DNA of 64,000 nt. It comes from a virus. Below are positions 36,451 to 46,238 of this stretch, piece by piece. Every line of letters starts with the position of its first letter. Position 1 is the first letter of the stretch. A program made the translations under genes and the position numbers. Below the pieces are notes generated by a model. The model did no database searches. It saw only the letters and a list, made by a program, of their open reading frames with translations, and was not told where the DNA came from. The stretch lies in IMG/VR virus record IMGVR_UViG_3300033149_006345, positions 1-64,000 of that record. One strand, written 5' to 3'.

Positions 36451-37409
36451 CACGTTGGTCTCCTTCTTTACCCTATGCACTTTGTAAGGTTGGTTGGATA
36501 CAGGACGCTGAGGTATTAGGTGGTGCTGAATTATCCAATCTACAGATAATCAAACGAGGTCTGGAGTTAGGTTTTGCTATTAGGGTTATAACTCCGGACA
36601 GTTTTGATCGTGACTGGATTGCCATTTCTGACTTTCTCATTTTCAATAACTTTTATACCTTTCCATCAAATCTTTGGCATTATTTGTTGCAAGTCATTTG
36701 GGAGTATAGGAAGCCTTATGTAATATATTCTCATGATCATCGGGATATATATGGTGAGACTGCTAGACTCTCTTTTGCATGGCGTTGGTTTAAGCATTCC
36801 TTCTTGAATGTCTTTATTTCTCCGGCACATTATGCCAACTTTAAGAAATGTTTAGGCAGTGCTGCCGAGCCGCATTTTATCTTACCCCCACCGATAGACA
36901 CCGAATTTTTCTACCCCAGGGAAGAAGTTACTAGGAAACCAAAGACTGTTGTTAATCTTACCGGTAGATTGGTTAGCAGTAAGGGTCTGATGAATGTTTA
37001 TAAGTGGGCCGCAGCAAACCCTGACTATAAGGTAAATGTTTATACGAAGTATGCCGAAGGTACCAGCGGTAAGGTTTTGGAGACTAAGAATAATATAACT
37101 ATCCATAAACCTGTACCATATGCCCTTTTGCCGTATATCTACTCTGAACATGAGTATGTGTTACATCTTCCTGAAGATTGGGAAGCGGCGGGGAGGACAT
37201 TGGTAGAGGGTTTATTGTGTGGTTGGACATTGGTAGAGGGTTTATTGTGTGGTTGTATCCCGATTTGCAATAGTAAAGTAGGAGTTGCTAGTTTCGCACC
37301 GGATCTATTGTCATACGGTCGTGAAAATCTGGCTGTGATTTTGGAGGAAGGACAGTATATTTTTTGGTACAATATTTATCGGTATTTCCAGTTATTGGAG
37401 GAAAGATAG
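36339..37409 (+). CDS. GT4-like glycosyltransferase; open frame lacks a standard start before its N-terminal motif
   Basis: Frame open from 36339; KVGWIQD..LGGAELS at about 36486-36537; EAAGRTLVE (ExE7) motif. Confidence 0.8.
   Translation, partial: YRRKPYWESGGTSETSAEKQKEKIEEVKEESQGKYPVARWSPSLPYALCKVGWIQDAEVLGGAELSNLQIIKRGLELGFAIRVITPDSFDRDWIAISDFLIFNNFYTFPSNLWHYLLQVIWEYRKPYVIYSHDHRDIYGETARLSFAWRWFKHSFLNVFISPAHYANFKKCLGSAAEPHFILPPPIDTEFFYPREEVTRKPKTVVNLTGRLVSSKGLMNVYKWAAANPDYKVNVYTKYAEGTSGKVLETKNNITIHKPVPYALLPYIYSEHEYVLHLPEDWEAAGRTLVEGLLCGWTLVEGLLCGCIPICNSKVGVASFAPDLLSYGRENLAVILEEGQYIFWYNIYRYFQLLEER
37195..37254 (+). repeat. Exact 30-bp tandem duplication
   Basis: GGACATTGGTAGAGGGTTTATTGTGTGGTT x2. 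Confidence 0.95.
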
Positions 37410-38411
37410 ATGCGGAAAAAGCTGTTGATTGGGGTATTCGTTGGTGAGTTAGGTTGGGAATATCTACGTTATCAAGGATATTTTAGACGCTATGCGAGAT
37501 TAAATTGTTTCAAAGAACAGGGGGATGAATGCATCGCTTTTACGTATTTTGGGCATGAGCTTTTTTATCACGATTTTTGCTCCGCTGTTTTTTCACATGA
37601 ATCTTGGTTAGATGGAAGAAGAGAGATAATAGGACCACCACATGCTTTTGGGCATATGCAAATGTCCTCAGCAGTATATGATTCTCTTTGTCAGTATATT
37701 TTGAATGTTGTGTCTCATTATTATGACCATGCACAATATGATATAGAGTTTGTAAAACATCCGCTGGGTGTTGCTCATAGGGCGAATTACTTTTTGCAGG
37801 ACTTTGTTGAGTTTTCGGTAAGTGAAAAAGAAATAATGTCGATTTGGATACAGTTGGAAAAGAAATATCTTATACCTGACGCACAAATTGTATGTGTTTT
37901 TCCCAGGATGAAAGGTGATAAAAGGGATTGGGGAGCCGGTAACTATGAGAACCTGATAGAGAGTTTATTGGGGTACGGTTTTGGGGTTGTTATTTGTGGG
38001 CATCCGCAACAGTCATTTTGTACGGATATGGAAACAAGATATGGGCTGTTGAATCTTACGGAGTTTCCAAGGCGTTATATTTTACCTCTTACTATTTGTG
38101 CTTTGGCGAAGAGTGCTTTCGCCTTTGGGGGACAAAGTGCCCTTCCACTTATTTCTTTAGGGCAGGGGGTACCAACAGTTATGTGGGGGTGCGAGCCTAG
38201 GCGTCATAGCCAGATTTATAATTGGAGGAAAACCGCTTGTTTATTTTTGCCTTCCCAGCAGTATGATATTTCCCCCAAAGAGGTATTAGGGGCTTTTTTC
38301 GATTGGAAGGATGGTGTTTCCCGAGATGATAGACTCTCCCCTTTCCATCTCCTTGATGCTTCATTGCTTAAAGAAGGGGAAATTTTACCCAATGAAAAGG
38401 TGAAAAGATGA
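37410..38411 (+). CDS. GT9-like glycosyltransferase
   Basis: GELGWE, KRDW...Y..L, GGQSALPLISLGQGVPTVMWG. Confidence 0.65.
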   Translation: MRKKLLIGVFVGELGWEYLRYQGYFRRYARLNCFKEQGDECIAFTYFGHELFYHDFCSAVFSHESWLDGRREIIGPPHAFGHMQMSSAVYDSLCQYILNVVSHYYDHAQYDIEFVKHPLGVAHRANYFLQDFVEFSVSEKEIMSIWIQLEKKYLIPDAQIVCVFPRMKGDKRDWGAGNYENLIESLLGYGFGVVICGHPQQSFCTDMETRYGLLNLTEFPRRYILPLTICALAKSAFAFGGQSALPLISLGQGVPTVMWGCEPRRHSQIYNWRKTACLFLPSQQYDISPKEVLGAFFDWKDGVSRDDRLSPFHLLDASLLKEGEILPNEKVKR

Positions 38412-39322
38412 AGCCGAAGATTCTTATGGTAGCGGATGTTAAAGGTTGGGCTTGGTGGTATAAGGCGCAACAGGTAAAAAAGCACCTGGCGAATGAGTTT
38501 GATATTGATATTGTATGTGTTGTTCAAGAAGGGGCATTGCCGAAAGAACTGGCTTCCAAATATGATTTATTTTTTACTTTTGCACCGAAATATTTGAAGA
38601 TGCTTAGCAATATAGGGGTGCCAGTCAAGAAACGTATTTCTGGAATAACAGCTCATTTTTTGGGATTAGAAGATGATCTTCTACGCTTTCAGAATCATGT
38701 TGTTTACTTTCATGCAAATAGCCCTGCTTTGGTAAAAATTGCAGAGAGGTATTATCGTCATGTTTTTTACGTACCGAATGGTGTTGATGAGACCATTTTT
38801 TATCCCACCAATAGAAAGCCGAAGGATGTTTTTATTGTGGGTCACGTAGGGAAACCTACTGCAAGGAAAGGTTTTGACTCGATAATTATGCCTGCTTTCG
38901 AGAAGGCGTTTTCCGGTGGTAGATCGGTAGCAACATTGAAGGTTAACCAACGACGATATTATAATGCTTTGTCCCAGCCGGAGATGAGAGAATGGTATCA
39001 GGATGTAGACGTTTTGGTGTTTGCCAGCGATTTGGATGGAACTCCCAATCCGATGTTGGAGGGTGGCGCAATTGGTATTCCTTCTATAATAAATTGTATA
39101 GGAAATGCAGAGGAATTTATTAGCGATGGGGTAAATGGTTTCCTGATGCGGGAAAAGACGGTAGATGCTTATGCGGACAGATTACAATGGTGTTTTTATA
39201 ACAGAGAGCAATGTTGGAAAATGGGGGAAGAGGCAAGAAAGACGGTATTGTCCAGTTGGACTTGGAAACAGAAAGTAGAGAACTATAGGAATATGTTCAG
39301 AGAGATTTTGTCGGAGGAATAA
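38408..39322 (+). CDS. GT4 glycosyltransferase
   Basis: VPNGVD, RKG, ASDLDGTPNPMLEGGAIGIP, DGVNGFL. Confidence 0.9.
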   Translation: MKPKILMVADVKGWAWWYKAQQVKKHLANEFDIDIVCVVQEGALPKELASKYDLFFTFAPKYLKMLSNIGVPVKKRISGITAHFLGLEDDLLRFQNHVVYFHANSPALVKIAERYYRHVFYVPNGVDETIFYPTNRKPKDVFIVGHVGKPTARKGFDSIIMPAFEKAFSGGRSVATLKVNQRRYYNALSQPEMREWYQDVDVLVFASDLDGTPNPMLEGGAIGIPSIINCIGNAEEFISDGVNGFLMREKTVDAYADRLQWCFYNREQCWKMGEEARKTVLSSWTWKQKVENYRNMFREILSEE

Positions 39323-39323
39323 G

Positions 39324-39905
39324 ATGCCAATAATTAGAGAGCACGTTCACGATGGAACCGTTTGTTATATTGAGCCGGAGTCTATTCCGTATATTGAAAA
39401 AGTGTTGCGTGAGTTCAAACCACAATTGATTATTGAGTTGGGCACAGCTTTTGGTGGTTTTACCAAGTATCTTTGCAATTGGTTTCCTTCCACTCCTATT
39501 TATACTGTAGATGCCTTTTTATACGCCTCGAAAAAGGACTTGGCGTTATTTAGGAAGAGAAACGTTACTTTGTTGCTTACTGCTCAGTTGTTCGAGGGGG
39601 AAATGACCATTCCGCTTCTTTGCTCTTTGCCTCTACGTAAATTTCTGTTCTGTGATAATGGGCAAAAGGATATTGAGGTTAGATTATTTGGTGGCTATCT
39701 GCGCCCAGGTGATTTGCTGGCTGTACATGATTGGAGTGATTATAAGCAACGTTTGGAGGGGGCTTTTGAGGAGTTTGTTGCCCATCCCATCAATAAAGTT
39801 TTGAAAACGGAAGTCGATTCGGATGTCCGCTTTTTCTATAAGAAAGATAGGAGTGGTACTAGGGTTAAACCGGTAAACAAAACGGAGCATATATGGGGAA
39901 AATGA
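39324..39905 (+). CDS. Class I SAM methyltransferase (CmcI/Methyltransf_24-like)
   Basis: IIELGTAFGG, YTVD, FCDNG, LRPGDLLAVHD. Confidence 0.8.
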   Translation: MPIIREHVHDGTVCYIEPESIPYIEKVLREFKPQLIIELGTAFGGFTKYLCNWFPSTPIYTVDAFLYASKKDLALFRKRNVTLLLTAQLFEGEMTIPLLCSLPLRKFLFCDNGQKDIEVRLFGGYLRPGDLLAVHDWSDYKQRLEGAFEEFVAHPINKVLKTEVDSDVRFFYKKDRSGTRVKPVNKTEHIWGK

Positions 39906-40816
39906 TGCCTTGTGATATAGTTGTTTCTGTGACCAAAGGATATTTTTTGTATTTGCAAATCCTTCTGGAGAGTTTTAGCAAAAGCAATCCAGATTTTTCC
40001 GGTTGTATACATATTCTTATGTATGACGAAGACGACTGGTTTCTCTCGTATTTGCGATCATGTAAACTTCCTTATGAGATCCATAAAAGATTTTTGGGAA
40101 ATGCTGTTACCAGCAAGAAGGCAACTACAGCTATGCTGGAGCGGTTTTCCTTTGCATCTGATTTGAAGAGACCGGTAATGCTGGTGGATGCTGACACCAT
40201 TTTTCTAGGTAATGTTAATATGTTCTTCGATATTGCGGGTTTGGGTTATATTGTTGGATGTGGAAATGGGAAGGATATAGAGTTTGGTTTTGGTTGCAAA
40301 GCTAGTAGATTCAAATATGGGAGACCTTTTTGTTATCCTGTACCGAGCAACATACCGGAGGTGGGGGGGAAGTGCAACTATAGAACGATTGCATTGCCTT
40401 TGTTTTTAGATCCTGTAAGGTATGGTTTTTTGTTGAAGGACGTATATGATTATTATTTTTCTCAGGATGAAGACAGAAAGCTCGCCGAGTGGGTTATCTT
40501 GCAGGCACTTTTGGTTAAACACGACTTAATAGATAAGATTTTGCTTTTACCATCACATCGAACATCAAATAGTTATCATTTTATGGTGAACCCATTGTCT
40601 GGTGTATATAAGTATAAAGAGAGGTTTTTATCATCTGCCGGAGGTGATGTGCTTATATGTCATGGCCGGGTGCTAAGCGGTTTTTGGTGGAATGAAAGTA
40701 TGGAAGCGATGAGGAATTTCTTTAGACTTTTTTCCGATGAAGATTGGTTTTTGCAAATGTGGAAAGATAATGCCCAACAGTTGCGAAATATTGTCGGTAG
40801 TTACAGGAGAGATTGA
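39893..40816 (+). CDS. GT-A fold glycosyltransferase (GT8-like)
   Basis: ILLESF..SNP, VMLVDADTIF DxD motif. Confidence 0.7.
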   Translation: MGKMMPCDIVVSVTKGYFLYLQILLESFSKSNPDFSGCIHILMYDEDDWFLSYLRSCKLPYEIHKRFLGNAVTSKKATTAMLERFSFASDLKRPVMLVDADTIFLGNVNMFFDIAGLGYIVGCGNGKDIEFGFGCKASRFKYGRPFCYPVPSNIPEVGGKCNYRTIALPLFLDPVRYGFLLKDVYDYYFSQDEDRKLAEWVILQALLVKHDLIDKILLLPSHRTSNSYHFMVNPLSGVYKYKERFLSSAGGDVLICHGRVLSGFWWNESMEAMRNFFRLFSDEDWFLQMWKDNAQQLRNIVGSYRRD

Positions 40817-41619
40817 TTATGTATCCTCTCATACAGGTTTTTCGTGGCAGTGTTAGTAGACCGTGGCAATTGAAAAGAACAACTCCGACTCTCTTTGATA
40901 GATTTAAGTATGCTGGAAAGATTGAATATCATTTAGTTGAAAGTGTTTTTGTCGATGAGTTGTCGGAAGAATGTCTTGAGTACGCAACATCGCAAGAGTA
41001 TATCACTCATGTTATAAAACCACAACGGGGCTATGGTTATGCTATAAAATGGTTTTTGGATAATATGTGCACAGCCCCATATATGATAAATTGGGAAGAT
41101 GATTATGCTGCTGTGACAGATATTCCTCTGACCGAATGTGTTGAGTTGATGGAGACATATCCTCATATAAATCAGATATGTTTTAATAAACGTAAAACAA
41201 TGTCTTATAAGTGGGCGAGACCTGGTCATGGTAGAGAAGATTTTAAGTGGCAGAAGGAACAGAGGGAATTTCCATTGACTGATGGAAGGATGATACCTCT
41301 AGTAGTGAAGGAGAAATGGTGGTTTGGTCCGGCTATTTGGCGAGTTTCCTTCGTCAAAGATAAGTTTGTTGGTTTTAGAGAACGAGTACACCACCGATTC
41401 AATGATGAAGTGTTGTTTCCTTTATTTGGTCCACGCCGTTTGCCTGATGGTTCTCCTTATGTTCCAACACCTACTGAGGTAGAAGAGGTCATTGGTTGTT
41501 ATATTTATGGGAGACATAAAGATCCTCCTATGTCTAGGCATATGCAGGAGGGGGATAGTATCTGGAAAAAGGAACTTCTAGATAAATGGCGGGCAGAGGG
41601 GAGGAAGGTATATTTATGA
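40813..41619 (+). CDS. GT-A fold glycosyltransferase (GT2-like)
   Basis: SRP..LKRT, GYGYAI, YMINWEDDY. Confidence 0.7.
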   Translation: MIMYPLIQVFRGSVSRPWQLKRTTPTLFDRFKYAGKIEYHLVESVFVDELSEECLEYATSQEYITHVIKPQRGYGYAIKWFLDNMCTAPYMINWEDDYAAVTDIPLTECVELMETYPHINQICFNKRKTMSYKWARPGHGREDFKWQKEQREFPLTDGRMIPLVVKEKWWFGPAIWRVSFVKDKFVGFRERVHHRFNDEVLFPLFGPRRLPDGSPYVPTPTEVEEVIGCYIYGRHKDPPMSRHMQEGDSIWKKELLDKWRAEGRKVYL

Positions 41620-42344
41620 TTATTGATCTTTTGGTTACGTCTGCAAGTCGTCCTGCTCTTCTGGAGAAGACACTCACTTCATTTTCGGGTAATGTGGAGT
41701 TAACACAACATTACTTTCGTGGCTTATTGCATGAGGATATATTAGAAGAGGAGCCATCCAAACAAATTATTGTGTGGGCATCTAGATTTTCCTTTTCTGT
41801 GGTTGAACACCATCAACCACATATTGGTTTAGGGCCAGCTATTGGTTATATGCTGGATAATTTTGTCACTTCAAAATATTTGTTTTATTTGCAAGATGAT
41901 TGGGAGTTGGTACGCCCATTGGATTTAGATTTGGCTATAGATTATATGGAAAAATACCCAATGATAAATCAAATTCGTTTTAATAAAAGGAAAACAATGC
42001 CTTTTGTCGGGGATAACCCTAAGAAAAGATGGTATAAGAAAGAGGTTTTATTTGGGGATAGAATTTTTACTGTGTCACCGCATTGGGTTTTGAATCCGGC
42101 TCTATGGCGAGTTGATTTTATTAGTGACAAGTTTGTTCCTTCTTACGAGTTCTGTAACTGGCGTACCAATGATGTTTTGAAACAAGGAAAAGGGCCAAAT
42201 GAAATAGATGCCGACTGGATTGCGGAAAATATGGGTACTTTTATTTGGGGTGGTATTGGTGAACCGCCCTTTTTCAGACATCTTGGGCATGGTCAAAGCG
42301 CATTAACAAAGACGGGCCAGGAGCGCCAGTATTATAGGAGATAG
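41616..42344 (+). CDS. GT-A fold glycosyltransferase, paralog of the preceding gene
   Basis: TSASRPALLEKTL, YLFYLQDDW, shared INQIxFNKRKTM, FRHLGHG. Confidence 0.72.
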   Translation: MIIDLLVTSASRPALLEKTLTSFSGNVELTQHYFRGLLHEDILEEEPSKQIIVWASRFSFSVVEHHQPHIGLGPAIGYMLDNFVTSKYLFYLQDDWELVRPLDLDLAIDYMEKYPMINQIRFNKRKTMPFVGDNPKKRWYKKEVLFGDRIFTVSPHWVLNPALWRVDFISDKFVPSYEFCNWRTNDVLKQGKGPNEIDADWIAENMGTFIWGGIGEPPFFRHLGHGQSALTKTGQERQYYRR

Positions 42345-42350
42345 TGAGAG

Positions 42351-42905
42351 ATGGGCGACGGATCAGGGGATTTGCAGAAAATATGGCATGTATATGTTGG
42401 TAAACATATTGTCTCCGGTTCTGTTTTGGATGTTGGGGCCGGATTAGGCAAGAGTAAAGGAAGATTGCTTATTGGTGCAGATGAAGTTGTTACTCAGGAT
42501 ATTGATAGGGCAAGGATGTTAGATGTTGATGTTATTTGCCCATTAGAAGAGATAACAGAAATTTTTGATTATGTTACTGCTTTTGATGTTATTGAGCATG
42601 TACCTCATCCGGTTAGCTTTTTGACGCATATGTGGAAGCGTTCCAGGAAAGGTATATTTGTCACTACCCCAAATGCTGTAGTTTACCCTCATCCTTGGCA
42701 TTTTACTCCTGCAAAGTTTGCTCTTCTTTTATCTGGTTTTGTTAGAGACAGACAGGAGGCCGAGCGGGTTGTTTTTGCTTACTTCTGTCGTTGTAAGACA
42801 GAGCAAGAGGATATTATAATTGAATCCACGTGGTCGGACTTTCTTCGAGCTGACTCCCCGATTGTTGGGTTGGGTGTATTGGTGCAGAGGAGAGAAAATG
42901 CGTGA
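42351..42905 (+). CDS. Class I SAM methyltransferase
   Basis: SVLDVGAGLG, FDYVTAFDVIEHVPHP, VTTPN. Confidence 0.88.
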   Translation: MGDGSGDLQKIWHVYVGKHIVSGSVLDVGAGLGKSKGRLLIGADEVVTQDIDRARMLDVDVICPLEEITEIFDYVTAFDVIEHVPHPVSFLTHMWKRSRKGIFVTTPNAVVYPHPWHFTPAKFALLLSGFVRDRQEAERVVFAYFCRCKTEQEDIIIESTWSDFLRADSPIVGLGVLVQRRENA

Positions 42906-43926
42906 CTTTTACCGTATTTTGGTCTTATCTAAATTTCGCAATTACATCTCTTATTTTTCACATGGTGTTATTGAGGGAGCAATACGCAACGGCTGGCGTG
43001 CCAATTGGGTTGAGTTGCAGAAGCTAAATGATGCCGCCAATTATAAGGAGCATTGCGAGTCCATTTTGGAGCAGATAGTGCGCTATCGACCTCATGTAAT
43101 TTTCTGCAATGGCATTTTTGGGGAAGACTCAGAAGCCTTTCCGGGAATATTTGATGTGCTTCTTAAAATCAGGAAAAGATTTGATGATTGCAAGATTGTT
43201 TATCATATGGGTGATCCGAGAAATGAACCTAGGTATAGGAATGACATTTCCAAACTAGTTGATATAGCTCTTTGTAATTTTGGTGGTGAGCTATTAGAGA
43301 AATTCTCGGATATTTGGAAAGTTCCTTGTTATCATTGGCCCTACGCTTGCTGGCAGTTTCCCCGATATGTAGAGAAAGAAAAGAGATATGATTTATTATA
43401 TTTGGGTAATGTGTCAGAACACCCTCGTTATAAGGACCGCACTCCATTTGTTCATTATCTTTTGGATAATGCTTCTATGGAAGTGAGAAGATTTCCTGAT
43501 GAAGAAATAGGCAATACACGCTTCTTTTTGGAAGATATTGTTCCCTATGCTAGAGGGTTATTGAGTTTAGCAGCCACTTATGATCTACCTTACTACATAG
43601 ATGCCCGTCCTTTTGAATATCTTGGTTTTGGGGGTTTGGTTTTTCGTCCAATGTCTGCTGGTTTGACGGATATTTTTGTACCTTTTTATCACTTTATTCC
43701 TTTTGATTTTATCCCCGGAGAGCATAAGTATACTATGAAGTCTTTGGAGGAAGTATATTATGAATACACGACAGTGAAGCGAGATCAGGCGGAGAAAATA
43801 CGAAGACAAGGTTTTGAGTATACCCAAAATTATCATAATTATAGGATGCGAGTTAGAGATGTTATTTTGCTTTTGGAAGGAGTAATAGAGAGGCCCCTCG
43901 TCTACTTGTCTGATTTTGACTTTTGA
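42898..43926 (+). CDS. CgeB-like (Glyco_trans_1_2) glycosyltransferase
   Basis: YDLLYLGN, RPFEYLGFGG, IRRQGFEY...HNY..RV. Confidence 0.78.
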   Translation: MRDFYRILVLSKFRNYISYFSHGVIEGAIRNGWRANWVELQKLNDAANYKEHCESILEQIVRYRPHVIFCNGIFGEDSEAFPGIFDVLLKIRKRFDDCKIVYHMGDPRNEPRYRNDISKLVDIALCNFGGELLEKFSDIWKVPCYHWPYACWQFPRYVEKEKRYDLLYLGNVSEHPRYKDRTPFVHYLLDNASMEVRRFPDEEIGNTRFFLEDIVPYARGLLSLAATYDLPYYIDARPFEYLGFGGLVFRPMSAGLTDIFVPFYHFIPFDFIPGEHKYTMKSLEEVYYEYTTVKRDQAEKIRRQGFEYTQNYHNYRMRVRDVILLLEGVIERPLVYLSDFDF

Positions 43927-43943
43927 TGATTGGAGGTTGTGGG

Positions 43944-44918
43944 ATGCAACCAAAAAGACCCATACGCCTAGCTTGTTTAGGAGATTGGTCAAATTATTTT
44001 AGCTATTTTCTGTATGGGAGCCTGGAGGGGGCTATATTAAATCAGTGCTGGTTTCGTCCTATTGATATACGCTCTCCAGTGAAGGTTATAGTGCGAAATA
44101 TTTTGGAGTTTCGTCCAGACATTCTTTTGGCGCATATGTTATTTTCTGAAGGAGTACGACCTATCCCGGAAACATTGGATTATTTGGCGACGGTTCGCAA
44201 GAAAGTAGGTACGCGAGTTTTTTATCATTTGGGTGATGCCAGAACAGTTCCCCGTTATGCAGGTGATATCAGTATGGCAGTTGATGGTTGTTTGGTTAAC
44301 CAGACCAACTTGACTCCTTTTGAAGAAATATGGAAAGTTCCTTGTTACCATTGGCCCTATGCTGCATTTAAGCAGGCTAGAATTGCTGGGAAAGTGAAGG
44401 AGTTTGAGCATCCACTTATATTTACCGGTAGGCTAAGTGACAAGGGGATACATAGGAACAGGACCATTTTTATTAGGGAACTCCAGCGCCTAATGCCTGT
44501 TAAAGTATATCCAGATGAGAAGTATCCAGATACAAAGCTATTGACAGCGGAAATTGCAGCTTCAGCAACAGCAATCCTTGGGGTTTGTGCCGGATATGAT
44601 ATTCCTGGTTATGCTGATGTGCGTCCGTATCAGTATCCTGGGGCGGGGGGTGTTTTGTTTCAACGGTATTATTTGGGATTGGAAGAGATTTTTCTGGATG
44701 GTAAACATATGATCTTCTTTTATGATGATGATCCAAGTAACTTCGAGGAGCTTTATAATAAATGGGTGTTTGGCGAGTTTTCGTCTCTTCTCTCTTCAAT
44801 ACGGCAGGAGGCTTTTTCTTTCCTTCAGAGATATCATACTTATGCCAACCGAATAAAGGATGTTTTGAATATTGTTTATTATGGCGTGCCCCCAAAGATA
44901 AAACTTGCGGATCTGTAG
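43944..44918 (+). CDS. CgeB-like glycosyltransferase, paralog of the preceding gene
   Basis: Shared YHxGDxR..PRY..DIS and WKVPCYHWPYA; HTYANRI. Confidence 0.78.
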   Translation: MQPKRPIRLACLGDWSNYFSYFLYGSLEGAILNQCWFRPIDIRSPVKVIVRNILEFRPDILLAHMLFSEGVRPIPETLDYLATVRKKVGTRVFYHLGDARTVPRYAGDISMAVDGCLVNQTNLTPFEEIWKVPCYHWPYAAFKQARIAGKVKEFEHPLIFTGRLSDKGIHRNRTIFIRELQRLMPVKVYPDEKYPDTKLLTAEIAASATAILGVCAGYDIPGYADVRPYQYPGAGGVLFQRYYLGLEEIFLDGKHMIFFYDDDPSNFEELYNKWVFGEFSSLLSSIRQEAFSFLQRYHTYANRIKDVLNIVYYGVPPKIKLADL

Positions 44919-44927
44919 GAGGAGCGA

Positions 44928-46238
44928 ATGCAGTTGGAGCGTATTTATGAAAAGTTAATGATACCAGAGACCGAAGATCGTGTTATTTTGGATGGAAAAG
45001 AATATTCAGCCAAGGTTGGTAAGCATAGCATTTGGATTCCTGAATTGGAGTTGAAGTTGCCATTTCAGTATAACGGCCATTTTGTTGAATATTACCATTG
45101 GTCAAGAGGGCAACATGCAGAGCGAATAAAAAATTTTACCTTTGGAACGGAACTCCCTTATGCCATGTCTTCTCTCTATAATATTGTTGAGGAATGGGCT
45201 ATTTTTTACTTGCTGGCAAAACGGAAGTTGGCTCCTCCAATTGGTGGTTTTGTCTTCTTCAAGAATATACTTTCCACTTTTCCAAAAGACGTCATGCGTT
45301 GTGACCCAAAGGGCGGATATGGTTTTTTTATGAGAGATGCTTCCAAGTTGGATAAGAAATCTTTCTCACCGGATTATTTTAAGCAGGAGTTTGTGTCAAG
45401 TGGTATATTATATTGCTCCGAGACAGCATTGGGGGATATTTGTGAGGAGGGGAGAAATAATCATATAAATGGGTATATTGTTGACATTAGGAGAAGCATC
45501 CAGGATGCAATTCATCTTCGTAAATTGCCCGGATTGGATGAGATTGCGACAGATACCTATTTAACCAGCATTTGCAAAGAAATTTTTTATCAGGATGATC
45601 CTGGGAAATTGAAAGAAAGAATTGCTGTATATGGTCAATTTCCTTTCAAACAAAGAAATAAGCCTTATCAAAGCTATTGGCTCAGGAATGAATATGTAGA
45701 AGGGGCTAGGGCTACTGAGGAAAGGTTGTCGTTGATGGGTATTCCAACTGAGCTTCCTCCTGAAACATCCGTGTTGGATTTGGGTTGTTGTATTGGTGCT
45801 ATTTGTCAAGGAATGTATTTAAGAGGGGCTAGAGATATTTTGGGATTGGAGTATCAACTAGAATATTTAGCTTGCGCCAGAGATTTAGCGAGATATAATG
45901 GTCATCAAATTTCTTACTTACAATATGATCTCTCTGATAGAGAACAGCTAGATAAGGTGATTGCTCATCTAAACAAATATTTTCCCAATGGAATTGACTA
46001 TGTTTTTGCTTTGGCTATTTATAAGCATATTGGTTTGGATAATTTGTTGTACCTTTTGGAGAACATTTCTTTCAGAAATCTATATGTTGAGAGTTCATCT
46101 GTTGAATCGGTGAAAACTACGGGACATGCCAAAGAATGTAATAAACAGTTGAATAAGCGTTGGAAAACAAAGTTTTTGGGGTATACTACTGATCGCAGTA
46201 AACGAGCGATATGGTATTGTGAAGGAGGGGAAAAATGA
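44928..46238 (+). CDS. Kinase-like domain fused to a class I SAM methyltransferase
   Basis: C-half SVLDLGCCIG, LGLEY, DYVFALAIYKH; N-half LAKRKLAPP...GD....RNN.INGYIVD resembling degenerate kinase loops. Confidence 0.65.
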   Translation: MQLERIYEKLMIPETEDRVILDGKEYSAKVGKHSIWIPELELKLPFQYNGHFVEYYHWSRGQHAERIKNFTFGTELPYAMSSLYNIVEEWAIFYLLAKRKLAPPIGGFVFFKNILSTFPKDVMRCDPKGGYGFFMRDASKLDKKSFSPDYFKQEFVSSGILYCSETALGDICEEGRNNHINGYIVDIRRSIQDAIHLRKLPGLDEIATDTYLTSICKEIFYQDDPGKLKERIAVYGQFPFKQRNKPYQSYWLRNEYVEGARATEERLSLMGIPTELPPETSVLDLGCCIGAICQGMYLRGARDILGLEYQLEYLACARDLARYNGHQISYLQYDLSDREQLDKVIAHLNKYFPNGIDYVFALAIYKHIGLDNLLYLLENISFRNLYVESSSVESVKTTGHAKECNKQLNKRWKTKFLGYTTDRSKRAIWYCEGGEK

